DNA of 64,000 nt. It comes from Candidatus Binatia bacterium. Lineage in GTDB: Bacteria > Desulfobacterota > Binatia > Bin18. Both the position numbers and the translations under genes were made by a program. This document shows, piece after piece, positions 29,990 to 39,257 of this stretch (position 1 is its first letter; every line of letters starts with the position of its first letter). Under the pieces are notes generated by a model. The model had not been told where the DNA came from and made no database searches. It saw nothing but the letters and a program-made list of their open reading frames with translations. The DNA is taken from the NCBI GenBank assembly GCA_050187625.1, contig JBFWXH010000027.1, positions 4,828 through 68,827 of the forward strand. The letters are read 5' to 3'.

Positions 29990-31276
29990 TTAATGAGCCG
30001 TTTTTACCATAACCTCAGGAGATTCTATCGTGTCTAACTTGAAAGGCCGAATCGGCACGGTGAACAATATCGCCGCGCATACTGCGCCAACCCCTGCCGC
30101 CACCACAAAGGGCAGCGTCCAATCGCCACTCTGGGCCAGAAGGAAGCCTGCAGTCATGGGTCCAAAAATCCCGGCAAAACTTCCCAGTGTGTTAATCAGT
30201 CCAAAGATCGATCCAGCCACATGCGGATTGAACTCCAAGGCAATCGTCGTGTACCCGGCTATTGCGCTCGCAAAGAAGAAGTAAAAGAGAAGTAACAGAA
30301 AAACGCACGCGAACGCCGAAGGCACCAGCACAGCACCTAAGAGGAATGGCAGAGACAACGCAACGCCAATCCCAGAAAAACGAGCGCGAGCGAATTGTGG
30401 ACTCCAGCCGGTGCGTAAGAGATAGTCTGAGAGTGCACCTCCGCCGATCAAACCGACAAAGCCAGCACCGTGTACGGCAACACCGATAGCCCCCATCGCC
30501 CCAAGAGAGAATCTTCTCCCTTCAACTAAATAATCTGGGAACCAAAACAGGAACATCCAGCCTACATACGCGAAACACATATAGCTGACAGAAAGAATCA
30601 AGAGAGAAGGGTTGGTAAAGACTACACGGAGAGGGAGAGAAGCCGCAGGTTTAGGAGGCAGATTTTCAACTATATACTGGCTCTCTTGCGGAGTGATACG
30701 GGAATGGGACTCAGGAGTATCGGTCGCATACCAGAGCCAGATTGCAACCCACACGAAACCGAACACCGCGTTGACATAAAAAACCATCGGCCATGAAGAC
30801 TGCAGGATAATCCACGTCGTTAAGGGGTAGGCAATCATCTGTCCTACCGTGATACCCGAGAGACTCAAGGTTTGGGCACGACCGAACTCTGCTCGTGGGA
30901 TCCAGTGGGAGTTCAATGAGGTTAGCGCAGGAATCGTAACCGACTCAAACGCACCGACGAAAAAGCGCATCATGAGCAGCAAGGCGAAACTGGATTGGCC
31001 CAGCGGCGTCAGCGCAGTGAAGAGAGAAAAGCCGCAAAAGGCTAACGCCAGGACTTTGCACGCGCTCCACCGATCCGCAACGACACCCCCAACAATTTGC
31101 AAGAGCGAATAGCCGATAAGAAAAGCAGAAAAGACAAGACCGAACTGCCCCTTATCCCATCCAGTCTCCTGCATCATGACTGGAGCGGCCACGGAAATAT
31201 TCACGCGATCGACATAGTTGATGACCGTACTGCAAAAGAGCAATCCGATCATGTGGTAACGGACTGGCCAGATCAT
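29990..31276 (-). CDS. MFS transporter (anion:cation symporter / ACS-like)
   Basis: Motifs INYVDRVNISVA and GGVVADRW; about 12 TM segments. Confidence 0.9.
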   Translation of the reverse strand: MIWPVRYHMIGLLFCSTVINYVDRVNISVAAPVMMQETGWDKGQFGLVFSAFLIGYSLLQIVGGVVADRWSACKVLALAFCGFSLFTALTPLGQSSFALLLMMRFFVGAFESVTIPALTSLNSHWIPRAEFGRAQTLSLSGITVGQMIAYPLTTWIILQSSWPMVFYVNAVFGFVWVAIWLWYATDTPESHSRITPQESQYIVENLPPKPAASLPLRVVFTNPSLLILSVSYMCFAYVGWMFLFWFPDYLVEGRRFSLGAMGAIGVAVHGAGFVGLIGGGALSDYLLRTGWSPQFARARFSGIGVALSLPFLLGAVLVPSAFACVFLLLLFYFFFASAIAGYTTIALEFNPHVAGSIFGLINTLGSFAGIFGPMTAGFLLAQSGDWTLPFVVAAGVGAVCAAILFTVPIRPFKLDTIESPEVMVKTAH

Positions 31277-31365
31277 AGGGCCTCCCTGAATTTGTCTAAC
31301 CTCTCACCGACCGAGATGAGAAAGACGGGCCGGACCGAGTGTTGGCAGGGAATGCAGCGTTCGGC

Positions 31366-31770
31366 TTAACAGCGATAGACGTGGAGAATCTGATATCGCG
31401 AAACGACAGGATCATTACTGACAGCCAAGGAGGGAAAAAGAAAAGGAGAGCGCCGGTCATAGCTGTAGGGACTAAACACAGATGCCAAGAGAGAGAGCCC
31501 GGACACGTCGGGCCTGCGCTTTGTCAGCCCCTGAACAAGACGCCCCCGCTCAGAAGACGCTGGATTCCTCTCTTGGGCGCTTGCAGTCCTTTCAACCTGG
31601 AGAGCCTCTACAGGACCGATAAGCGTCACCTTTTGTCGAGACTCAGCCGCACCTCCGAGGAGAAATACCACCACAAACAACGCCAGGTAGAATAAGTGCA
31701 TCTGAAACATAAAATAAGCGTAAATTACGATATGCCATTTCTCTTTCATGTCAAGAGCAAAGAGGGGCAA
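31366..31770 (-). CDS. Small hypothetical protein with a signal-peptide-like N-terminus, upstream of the MFS gene
   Basis: Hydrophobic LFYLALFVVVFLLGGAAES, polar linker, C-terminal YQILHVYRC. The start is uncertain. Confidence 0.4.
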   Translation of the reverse strand: MPLFALDMKEKWHIVIYAYFMFQMHLFYLALFVVVFLLGGAAESRQKVTLIGPVEALQVERTASAQERNPASSERGRLVQGLTKRRPDVSGLSLLASVFSPYSYDRRSPFLFPSLAVSNDPVVSRYQILHVYRC

Positions 31771-32030
31771 GGAGAAGCGGGGGTTCCTCCGTCTTTCTTT
31801 GAGCCACCCCCATCATGGGCAATCGCAAATGTTTTTGCATTTGAGAAAAGGGAACCTGGCAGAAAAAACTGCTATCGGGGATTTCTGGGACAATGCGCAA
31901 AAAACCGTAGCATTTCTCCACAACAATCAACCTGCACCCAAATCACGCATTCGTCAGTTTTTCCCAATCATGTGCCAGTCCAGTGAGTCTTGGTATTGCT
32001 GAAGGCGCGACTGCCTTGACCTGATTGTCA

Positions 32031-32342
32031 TTAATTCATCTTGCTAATTTCCTTGACTCGTTCCTCTACTACCTCTGGGGGACACAAGGAAATGAACCAG
32101 CGCGCTGCTATCAGGAGAACCGCAATATCATCAACCACCCCAAAGATGGGTGTGAGTAATTCCGGAATGAAATCGAATGGAGATAAGAGATACACAACTG
32201 CCGCAATGAGGATCGCTTTTGCCCGTAACGGCACTCGTTGATCGTTAAATAGCTGCCAGTATAGTTTCGCAAAACTGGGGAGGTGCCACAGTAAGCGTAG
32301 AAACTGCAACGTCGAGAGACTATTTGAAGAGGTGCTCGGCAT
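32031..32342 (-). CDS. YkvA/DUF1232-family membrane protein
   Basis: Motif RVPLRAK..YLLSPFDFIPE...GVVDD; AGGAG RBS. Confidence 0.88.
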   Translation of the reverse strand: MPSTSSNSLSTLQFLRLLWHLPSFAKLYWQLFNDQRVPLRAKAILIAAVVYLLSPFDFIPELLTPIFGVVDDIAVLLIAARWFISLCPPEVVEERVKEISKMN

Positions 32343-32585
32343 AGGATCTCTCCTTTAGTCATTTTTGGAACTTCCTCTGCCTATCATGCGTGCCAGCCTC
32401 CAGGATAGCAAGGGAAAAATAACCAAAGCTCCACATCCTTATCAGTGTTGCACCTATTCGTTGCGCTTCTTTGTTCCTTGTTATTTTTTTCCAACCCCTT
32501 GCGAAGGTGCAGGAACATATGTCATCTACTGCTGCGGTGGGAATAAAGTGCAGGCAGTCCAGATTTTCCTGGTTAGGAGGGATGT

Positions 32586-32633
32586 ATGAGGAAGGAAACC
32601 AGTGCTAGTCGGGCGCCCCCGTATTCCACATAA
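32586..32633 (+). CDS. Candidate 15-aa leader peptide MRKETSASRAPPYST
   Basis: AGGAGG at 32575-32580 lies 5 nt before the ATG; an in-frame stop lies just upstream; contains RAPP; ends 73 nt before the next gene. Confidence 0.35.
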   Translation: MRKETSASRAPPYST

Positions 32634-32706
32634 AAACGAGCAAAAATTTCAGTGACAGTGGTTTCGTGGCGGACAGCAATTCCACAAAAAAGGAGAGACC
32701 AATTCT

Positions 32707-34071
32707 ATGCGTTTGAACAATTGGGGGCTCGTAGCATTCGCCGCTGCAAGCCTGGCATTAGTGGCAAACCCTGTGTTGGCTGAACTGAAACCCGGTGACA
32801 AACTCGACAAATCGAACTGCCAAGAAGCGAAAGCGTTCCTTCCTGAACATGTGACCGAAAAATTCTGCTCCGGACAATACTCAGCAGAAATCGTCGAAGT
32901 TAAAGACGAAGATTTTCAGTACAGTGCAAAATTCAAAGCGGGTTCTGAAGCCAACGCTGGCAAGTACTTCATCACTGATCAGGGGTACATGTACGAAAAC
33001 GCAACTAAGAGCTGGCCACACTGGTGGTACGGCTATCCTTTTCCTGATGTTGATGAAAAAGACCCGCAAGCGGCGAACAAAGTGATGTACAATCACCAAG
33101 TTGCCCGTTTCCAGATTGACGATGTGTACTGGTTCCTCGCTATCAAATGGGCGCGACCCAGCGGTTTCGACCGTTCAGTAGAATTTGGTGCTTACGCGCG
33201 CTGGAACATCGGTCGCCATTCTGGTCCTCCAGCTGACAATCCGGATGATTGTTATCTCAAGGACTTACTCTTCGGTGTAGCGCCATACGACGTCGTTGGC
33301 GTGTCGACGATGAACTGGTGGCATACCGATCCCGACAAATGGCAGTCAACCTGGGCGTTCGTGCCGACCATTCGCCGCGTGCGTCGTCTCAATGCCTCAA
33401 ACTCCTCTGAAGGGATGTTCGGTTCGACTCTGGCGCGCGACGATGCATACGGTTGGGGAGGGAAGATCCAGTACATGAACTGGAAGCTGGTTGGTGTACA
33501 AGACATGCTTGTTCCCATTGCCCCGAGCGGAATTGAGAAACCCATGGTTGCGGGCGAGCCAGCCCCAAAGAAGTTGCCAACCGATCCGAACTTGATCAAG
33601 GCCAAAGGGCAAATTCCGGCTGGCCAGGTTGCCCGTATTACCTGGTCGCCCGAGGAAAAAGTCATAGCTGGCTACGAGCAAGAAGGCTGGACCGGCGCCG
33701 CTTTTGCGCCGGCGAACTTGAAGCTCGCAAAACGGAAATGTTGGGTCGTCGAGGCGACGCCCAAGGATCCGTACTACGCATATGGGCGGCGAGTCTTGTA
33801 TATCGACAAGACTGCATACTGGGCATACTGGGCTACCCTGTATGACCGCGCTGGCGAATACTGGAAAACCGTCTTGTGGCAAGACAAGATGGCCTATACC
33901 CCAGGTCGTGACATGACCGTGCGTCATCCGTTCTTTGGCTCAGCTGAAGACGTCCGTCAGAACCTGGCGACATTCTTTGACGTCCAGTCGAAGGGCTACT
34001 TCACCGAGTATGAACTGGGCTTCCCAGATTCCACGTTCACCTCTTCGAACCTCTCGTCCATGGGGAAATAA
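32707..34071 (+). CDS. DUF1329-family secreted protein (LolA-like fold)
   Basis: Signal peptide; motifs GYPFP, W.FVPTIRRVRRL, WVVEATPKDPYYAYGRRVLYIDK and YDRAGEYWK. Confidence 0.85.
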   Translation: MRLNNWGLVAFAAASLALVANPVLAELKPGDKLDKSNCQEAKAFLPEHVTEKFCSGQYSAEIVEVKDEDFQYSAKFKAGSEANAGKYFITDQGYMYENATKSWPHWWYGYPFPDVDEKDPQAANKVMYNHQVARFQIDDVYWFLAIKWARPSGFDRSVEFGAYARWNIGRHSGPPADNPDDCYLKDLLFGVAPYDVVGVSTMNWWHTDPDKWQSTWAFVPTIRRVRRLNASNSSEGMFGSTLARDDAYGWGGKIQYMNWKLVGVQDMLVPIAPSGIEKPMVAGEPAPKKLPTDPNLIKAKGQIPAGQVARITWSPEEKVIAGYEQEGWTGAAFAPANLKLAKRKCWVVEATPKDPYYAYGRRVLYIDKTAYWAYWATLYDRAGEYWKTVLWQDKMAYTPGRDMTVRHPFFGSAEDVRQNLATFFDVQSKGYFTEYELGFPDSTFTSSNLSSMGK

Positions 34072-34258
34072 GTTGAACGCGAGACGCGAGACGAGTAGCT
34101 AATCCCAAAGAAGAACGGGGAAGGAGTTAATGAAGGTTTGCTTCATCGCTCGTCTCCGTTCTCTTCCTCCTATTTTTTCTCCCCCTATTCCTCCTTTCCT
34201 TTTCTTGCGCTTGTCGTCTTTGCCTTGCGGATGGGCTTGCTACAATGCGCACTAGGAA

Positions 34259-34636
34259 ATGGTCACCACAGTCAACTTGTTCGTGTACGGCACCTTGCTG
34301 AGTGAAGAGATTCGCTATGCAGTGTTGCAAAAGCATTTTTCTACCTGTGAAGCTGAGCTGAGCGGATTCAAACGTATTATCCCGGCTCAGGGATATCCGT
34401 ACATCATTCCTCATCCTCATGCGTGTGTTCGTGGGTTACTGATTCGCAACCTCGATGCGCTCGCTGTGGCCCAACTTGATGAATACGAGGAAGAAGGGAT
34501 TTTGTACTATCGCCGCTCGGTCACGGTCATGGTTGACGTTAACAGCGTGCCGAGCGAAGTCTACGTCGGCAATGTATCTGCCCTCACACAGCAATTCGGT
34601 CTTGCTATAATGGCCCCAGGAGTAAAGGATTCCTGA
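34259..34636 (+). CDS. Gamma-glutamylcyclotransferase (AIG2-like) family protein
   Basis: Motifs LFVYGTL and LDEYEEEG..YYR. Confidence 0.85.
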   Translation: MVTTVNLFVYGTLLSEEIRYAVLQKHFSTCEAELSGFKRIIPAQGYPYIIPHPHACVRGLLIRNLDALAVAQLDEYEEEGILYYRRSVTVMVDVNSVPSEVYVGNVSALTQQFGLAIMAPGVKDS

Positions 34637-34669
34637 CTTCCCGCTCTGTCCTCATAGAGCATCTTGAGT

Positions 34670-35347
34670 ATGCATATCTTAATCGTCGAAGACGAGAAAA
34701 AAGTCGCCAGCTTCATTAAACGAGGGCTCGAAGCAGAGCACTACAGTGTCGCGGTCGAGTACGACGGTGAGGCGGGGATCTCTCGTTTTTTCGACGGCAA
34801 ATACGATCTGGTGATTCTCGATGTTATGCTGCCCAAACGTGATGGACTCTCTGTCCTGCGCGAACTCCGGTCTCGTCGGATCGCCGTTCCCATACTCCTC
34901 CTCACCGCACGCGACACGACTGAGGATAAAGTCGCTGGGTTAGATCAAGGCGCTGACGACTATCTGACAAAACCTTTCGCCTTTGAAGAGTTGCTTGCTC
35001 GCGTCCGGGCGTTACTGCGCCGGAACGCGCCAACACCGGCAGTTATTCTGTCGTACACCGATTTGCGACTTGATCCGGTGACACGTCAAGTCACCCGGGC
35101 AGGGAAGTCTCTTGACCTCACTGCGAAAGAGTTCGCCTTGCTCGAATTTTTCCTGCGACAACCCGGACGGGTACTCAGCCGTGCGTTGATCGCGCAACAT
35201 GTGTGGGGCGTCGACTTCGATACCTTCACCAATGTCATCGATGTCTATGTCAATTATCTGCGTAAAAAGATTGACGCCGATTTCGAACCGAAACTGCTGC
35301 ATACGGTACGTGGGGCAGGATACGTGCTGAAGACAATTGACTCCTAA
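34670..35347 (+). CDS. OmpR/CusR-family response regulator
   Basis: Motifs ILIVEDE, LDVMLP and GADDYLTKPF; winged helix NVIDVYVNYLRKK..TVRGAGY. Confidence 0.95.
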   Translation: MHILIVEDEKKVASFIKRGLEAEHYSVAVEYDGEAGISRFFDGKYDLVILDVMLPKRDGLSVLRELRSRRIAVPILLLTARDTTEDKVAGLDQGADDYLTKPFAFEELLARVRALLRRNAPTPAVILSYTDLRLDPVTRQVTRAGKSLDLTAKEFALLEFFLRQPGRVLSRALIAQHVWGVDFDTFTNVIDVYVNYLRKKIDADFEPKLLHTVRGAGYVLKTIDS

Positions 35348-35349
35348 CT

Positions 35350-36783
35350 ATGCGTTTCTTGCCCTCCACAATCCGTGCCCGTTTGACGCTGTGGTATACG
35401 GCTTTACTGCTCGGCATGCTTGTGGGGTTAGGGACAGCCGCGGTCGTATTGCTTGATCGAGGGTTACGAGACAATATCGACACCTCGCTTTTGTCAGTCG
35501 CCCGCTCGATTGCCGAGTCGACCCGGACCGCCGCACAACCAGGGCCAGGGTTTGATGAATTTTTAGAATCCGTACTTCCACCAGGTTTTGCCAATCGCTT
35601 TTTTCGTTTGCTCGACCCTTTTGGTCGCCCAGATCCACGGTTAGTTCCACGTCATCGCTTCCAGCTTCCACTCAGTCCCGAAGCCCTGCGAAACGCTGAG
35701 CAAGGCCGGGAAACCTATCAAACTCTGGCGCTACCGGATGTCTCTTCTTCTCGTCTTCGGGTCCTTACACTCCCGGTCATTGAACGTGGGCGGATTATTC
35801 ATCTCGTTCAAGTGGCGATGCCGCTCGAAAGCGCCGAAGCCGCACGCGCGCGCTTTCTTCTGATTCTTCTTGGGCTTACCCCTATCGCCTTAGGCGGAGC
35901 TGCCCTTGGTGGTTGGTTTCTTGCTGGCCGTGCATTAACCCCAGTCGATACAATGGTTGAAGCTGCGCGAAAAATTGAAGCCGAAGACCTGTCCCAACGT
36001 ATCGTTACCCGCACCAATAACGACGAGTTAGGTCGTCTGGCCGCCGTTCTCAATGACATGTTGAGCCGCTTAGAACGCTCCTTTACCGCAGTGCGGCACT
36101 TTAGCGCTGACGCCGCGCATGAGTTGCGCACGCCACTCACAATTCTCAAGGGAGAGATCGAAGTCGCCCTGCTTTCTCCTCAACCGGAAGAGGAATACCG
36201 CCGGGTCTTACGCAGCTGTCTTGAGGAAGTGGATCGGCTCAGTGCCCTCGTGCAGGACCTCTTGTTCCTTGCACGTTCGGACAGTGGCAATGTGGTGATG
36301 ACCAAAACCCCTGTCAATTTGGCCGAGGTCCTTACCGAGGTCACGCCGCCGCTGCGCGCGCTTGCCGACGCTGCTGAAGTACAGCTCCAGATCCCGCCGG
36401 TTCCCCCGCTCTGGCTTCACGGCAATGTGTCCATGTTATTTCGCCTTCTGTTCAACCTGGGGGAAAACGCGATCAAATATACGCCAGCCGGGGGTCACGT
36501 CGAGATTCGCCTATGCCAGCAGGAACAGGAAGCTTCACTTGCAGTAAAAGATACGGGCCCAGGGATTCCTGCAGAAGAACAAGAGCGAATTTTTGACCGT
36601 TTTTACCGTAGTGACCTGGCGCGTACTCGCAGTGGTGCAGGGTTGGGCTTAGCGATCGCACGTTCGATTGTCTTGCTGCATGATGGCCGTATCAGCGTCG
36701 AAAGCACCCTGGGCACAGGAAGCATATTTCATGTCGTCCTCCCAGTTATTGATGCGCCCCATCCAAAAGCAGAGAAAACCTAG
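35350..36783 (+). CDS. Sensor histidine kinase (CusS/BaeS-like)
   Basis: Two TM segments, HAMP, motifs AAHELRTPL, NAIKYT, DTGPGI and GAGLGL. Confidence 0.94.
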   Translation: MRFLPSTIRARLTLWYTALLLGMLVGLGTAAVVLLDRGLRDNIDTSLLSVARSIAESTRTAAQPGPGFDEFLESVLPPGFANRFFRLLDPFGRPDPRLVPRHRFQLPLSPEALRNAEQGRETYQTLALPDVSSSRLRVLTLPVIERGRIIHLVQVAMPLESAEAARARFLLILLGLTPIALGGAALGGWFLAGRALTPVDTMVEAARKIEAEDLSQRIVTRTNNDELGRLAAVLNDMLSRLERSFTAVRHFSADAAHELRTPLTILKGEIEVALLSPQPEEEYRRVLRSCLEEVDRLSALVQDLLFLARSDSGNVVMTKTPVNLAEVLTEVTPPLRALADAAEVQLQIPPVPPLWLHGNVSMLFRLLFNLGENAIKYTPAGGHVEIRLCQQEQEASLAVKDTGPGIPAEEQERIFDRFYRSDLARTRSGAGLGLAIARSIVLLHDGRISVESTLGTGSIFHVVLPVIDAPHPKAEKT

Positions 36784-36853
36784 TTTTAATCAGTCTATGG
36801 CATTCCGCAGGGCTCTTCCTCCGCTTGGGGTGCCTCCGGCTAAAAATTGGCGA

Positions 36854-37060
36854 TCAACTGGAGGGAGCAAGCACGTGGCAGGTCAAGCCATCAAACACGG
36901 CTGGGATGTTGAGTAACCGGAGAAGGCCAGTTTGTGTGACTCGGCAGATCACGGCTCCTCCTACTAACACACCATCAAACCAACGTTCCGCCATGACGTG
37001 AAACGCGTGACGATCAGTGGTCAAGGCTAAGAGCACGTTCACGTCACACAGCGCCGGCAC
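36854..37060 (-). pseudogene. vapC: VapC PIN-domain toxin with an internal deletion
   Basis: The N-terminus LCDVNVLLAL...H....RWF...TQTGLLRLL is typical of VapC, but the protein is only 68 aa. It overlaps the antitoxin stop. Confidence 0.7.
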
Positions 37061-37304
37061 GGCTGGCGTCCTCGTCGCATTGCATCTGCTCCTCTGCGCG
37101 GCGCACCTCTTCCGCCGAGAGCGCCCCCGGCCGCCGACTATGGTGAAGTGGAAATTCTACCCGTTGGGGCTGAGACGGAGCTGGCTGTGCGAGCGCAAGT
37201 CGCAGTCCCCGCTCAATTACATCACGCAGCCGCACTCCCTCCAGAGCTGCTTGAGCTTTAGCTTTGCGGAACAGGTCGTCAGGAATTTCAATCGTCGTGC
37301 GCAT
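37044..37304 (-). CDS. vapB: VapB-type (RHH) antitoxin
   Basis: MRTTIEIPDDLFRKAKAQAALEG..LRDVIERGLR; directly upstream of the PIN gene. Confidence 0.8.
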   Translation of the reverse strand: MRTTIEIPDDLFRKAKAQAALEGVRLRDVIERGLRLALAQPAPSQPQRVEFPLHHSRRPGALSAEEVRRAEEQMQCDEDASRAGAV

Positions 37305-37577
37305 AAAAGCAGCTTTACATAAAGGATGTATGGCAGACAACATGCTCTTGTTTTCCGAAAGCTTGGGAAAGAAAAAGTCCTCAAAGAATTATCCACTTTC
37401 TCGGCAAAGCGAGAGCTGCCAATTGGAGCTGACGTGCCTGCAGAGTTTTTTCCCTGATCACTATACTTCACAGCAGAATACTACGAATTTTCATGACGCC
37501 CCCCTACTGCCATTCTCGCGACACGTCTGCAAATAAGCTCCCTAATCGTACCTTCTTCGTTTTCGTCCATGAGAATC

Positions 37578-37608
37578 TTCTAATCTTTCTTTCATCTTCC
37601 TCTCATTT
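37578..37608 (+). promoter_or_regulatory. Three 11-bp-phased direct repeats, putative OmpR-family binding site upstream of degQ
   Basis: TTCTAATCT (37578), CTTTCATCT (37589) and CTCTCATTT (37600), followed by a -10-like TACATT at 37617. Confidence 0.5.
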
Positions 37609-37662
37609 CATATCCTTACATTGATCGTCAGAGAGTATTGAGGACATTTTAGGAGAGAGGAG

Positions 37663-39150
37663 ATGATCATGCAGACGAAGAAGATGCTTATTGGCTCGTT
37701 AGCCGGATCGCTGGCGATCGGAGGGTTTGCCCTTGGTCGCTTCACCCAGCCAGCCCCTGTCCAGGCTCAGGCAAACACCGTAGAAAAGAAGCCACCCCTC
37801 GTTTCGACACCATCAGGACGAGCGCTGCCGTCTTTCGCTAGTCTGGCGACACACGCATCCCCGGCAGTCGTGTATGTGCAGGTTGTGGCAGTAGAAAAAG
37901 CCGCACAAGGCGGGCCGGGATTCGGTGGCCCTCCAGGGTCGTTCGGAAACGAGCCGCCTTTTCCTTTCCGGTTTCCATTTCCTATGCCTCCACAAGGCGA
38001 ATTTCGCCGTCGTGGGTCGGGCTCGGGATTTATCATCCGCAAAGACGGTATCGTACTGACCAATAATCATGTTGTAGAAAATGCCAAGGATATTACCGTG
38101 ACCCTCACCGACAAACGTGAATACAAAGCGAAGGTGCTGGGTCGTGATCCCAAAACTGATCTTGCTGTTCTCAAAATTGATCCCCCAGCAGACCTCCCCG
38201 TCGCACCCCTCGGTGACTCCGACGCTCTCCAGGTGGGAGACTGGGTCATGGCCATCGGCAATCCGTTCGGTTTAAGTAATTCAGTTACCGCTGGCATCGT
38301 CAGTGCAAAGGGACGGTCAATTGGTGCTGGACCGTACGATGATTTCATTCAGACTGACGCCTCGATCAACCCAGGCAACTCCGGTGGCCCGCTCTTTAAC
38401 GAGCGCGGCGAGGTGGTCGGCATCAACAGTGCGATCTTCAGTCAAAGCGGTGGCAATATCGGCATTGGCTTTGCCATTCCCATTAATCTCGCAAAAAAAC
38501 TTGTTCCAGAATTAGAGCAGCATGGCAGTGTCACTCGTGGTTGGCTCGGTGTCGCCATTCAACAACTTACCCCTGACCTCGCAACCTCACTCGGTCTCTC
38601 TGAGCCTCGTGGGGCACTCATTGCCGACGTGACCTCCAGTAGCCCAGCAGCAAAGGGCGGCCTGGAACGTGGTGATGTCATCGTTGCCTACAATGGCAAG
38701 CCAGTTGAGGGGTCTTCAGCCTTGCCACTCCTCGTCGCAGAAACTCCTGTCGGTCAGACTGTCCCAGTCAAGGTGATACGTGATGGCAAGACAAAGACGG
38801 TAGAAGTCACAATCGCACGCCTCGCCGACGAAAGGGCAACCGCTGATCCTTCTGACCCAACCCAGAAAAGCCAGTGGGGACTCGCGCTACGCGATCTACG
38901 ACCGGAAGAACGGGAACAGCTCGGCCTCAAAGCCAATGAAGGGGTATTGGTCGCTGGCGTAATGCCAGACAGCCCCGCTGCCGCAGCCAACGTTCAAGAA
39001 GCTGATGTCATCATCGAGGTGAACAAAGTTCCTGTTGGCTCGGTAGCCGATCTCAAAAAGGAAGCAGCAAAAGTGAAGGAAGATAGTCCGCTCTTGTTAC
39101 TCCTACGCCGAGAGAATACGAATCGTTACACCTCACTCACCATGGAGTAG
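37663..39150 (+). CDS. degQ: DegP/DegQ (HtrA) periplasmic serine protease with two PDZ domains
   Basis: Motifs GSGFII, TNNHVV, DLAVLKI and [15 protein letters not shown]. Confidence 0.93.
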   Translation: MIMQTKKMLIGSLAGSLAIGGFALGRFTQPAPVQAQANTVEKKPPLVSTPSGRALPSFASLATHASPAVVYVQVVAVEKAAQGGPGFGGPPGSFGNEPPFPFRFPFPMPPQGEFRRRGSGSGFIIRKDGIVLTNNHVVENAKDITVTLTDKREYKAKVLGRDPKTDLAVLKIDPPADLPVAPLGDSDALQVGDWVMAIGNPFGLSNSVTAGIVSAKGRSIGAGPYDDFIQTDASINPGNSGGPLFNERGEVVGINSAIFSQSGGNIGIGFAIPINLAKKLVPELEQHGSVTRGWLGVAIQQLTPDLATSLGLSEPRGALIADVTSSSPAAKGGLERGDVIVAYNGKPVEGSSALPLLVAETPVGQTVPVKVIRDGKTKTVEVTIARLADERATADPSDPTQKSQWGLALRDLRPEEREQLGLKANEGVLVAGVMPDSPAAAANVQEADVIIEVNKVPVGSVADLKKEAAKVKEDSPLLLLLRRENTNRYTSLTME

Positions 39151-39209
39151 GATTCTGTTCGTGAAACACGCACGGACTTCGGCGATCACCCTTGGCCACC
39201 CAACTTCCG

Positions 39210-39237
39210 GGAGAGACGCGCCGCAGCGCGTCTCTCC
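39210..39237. repeat. REP-like palindrome between convergent genes
   Basis: GGAGAGACGCG-ccgcag-CGCGTCTCTCC. Confidence 0.55.
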
Positions 39238-39257
39238 ACATAAAGCCGTGCCACAAC

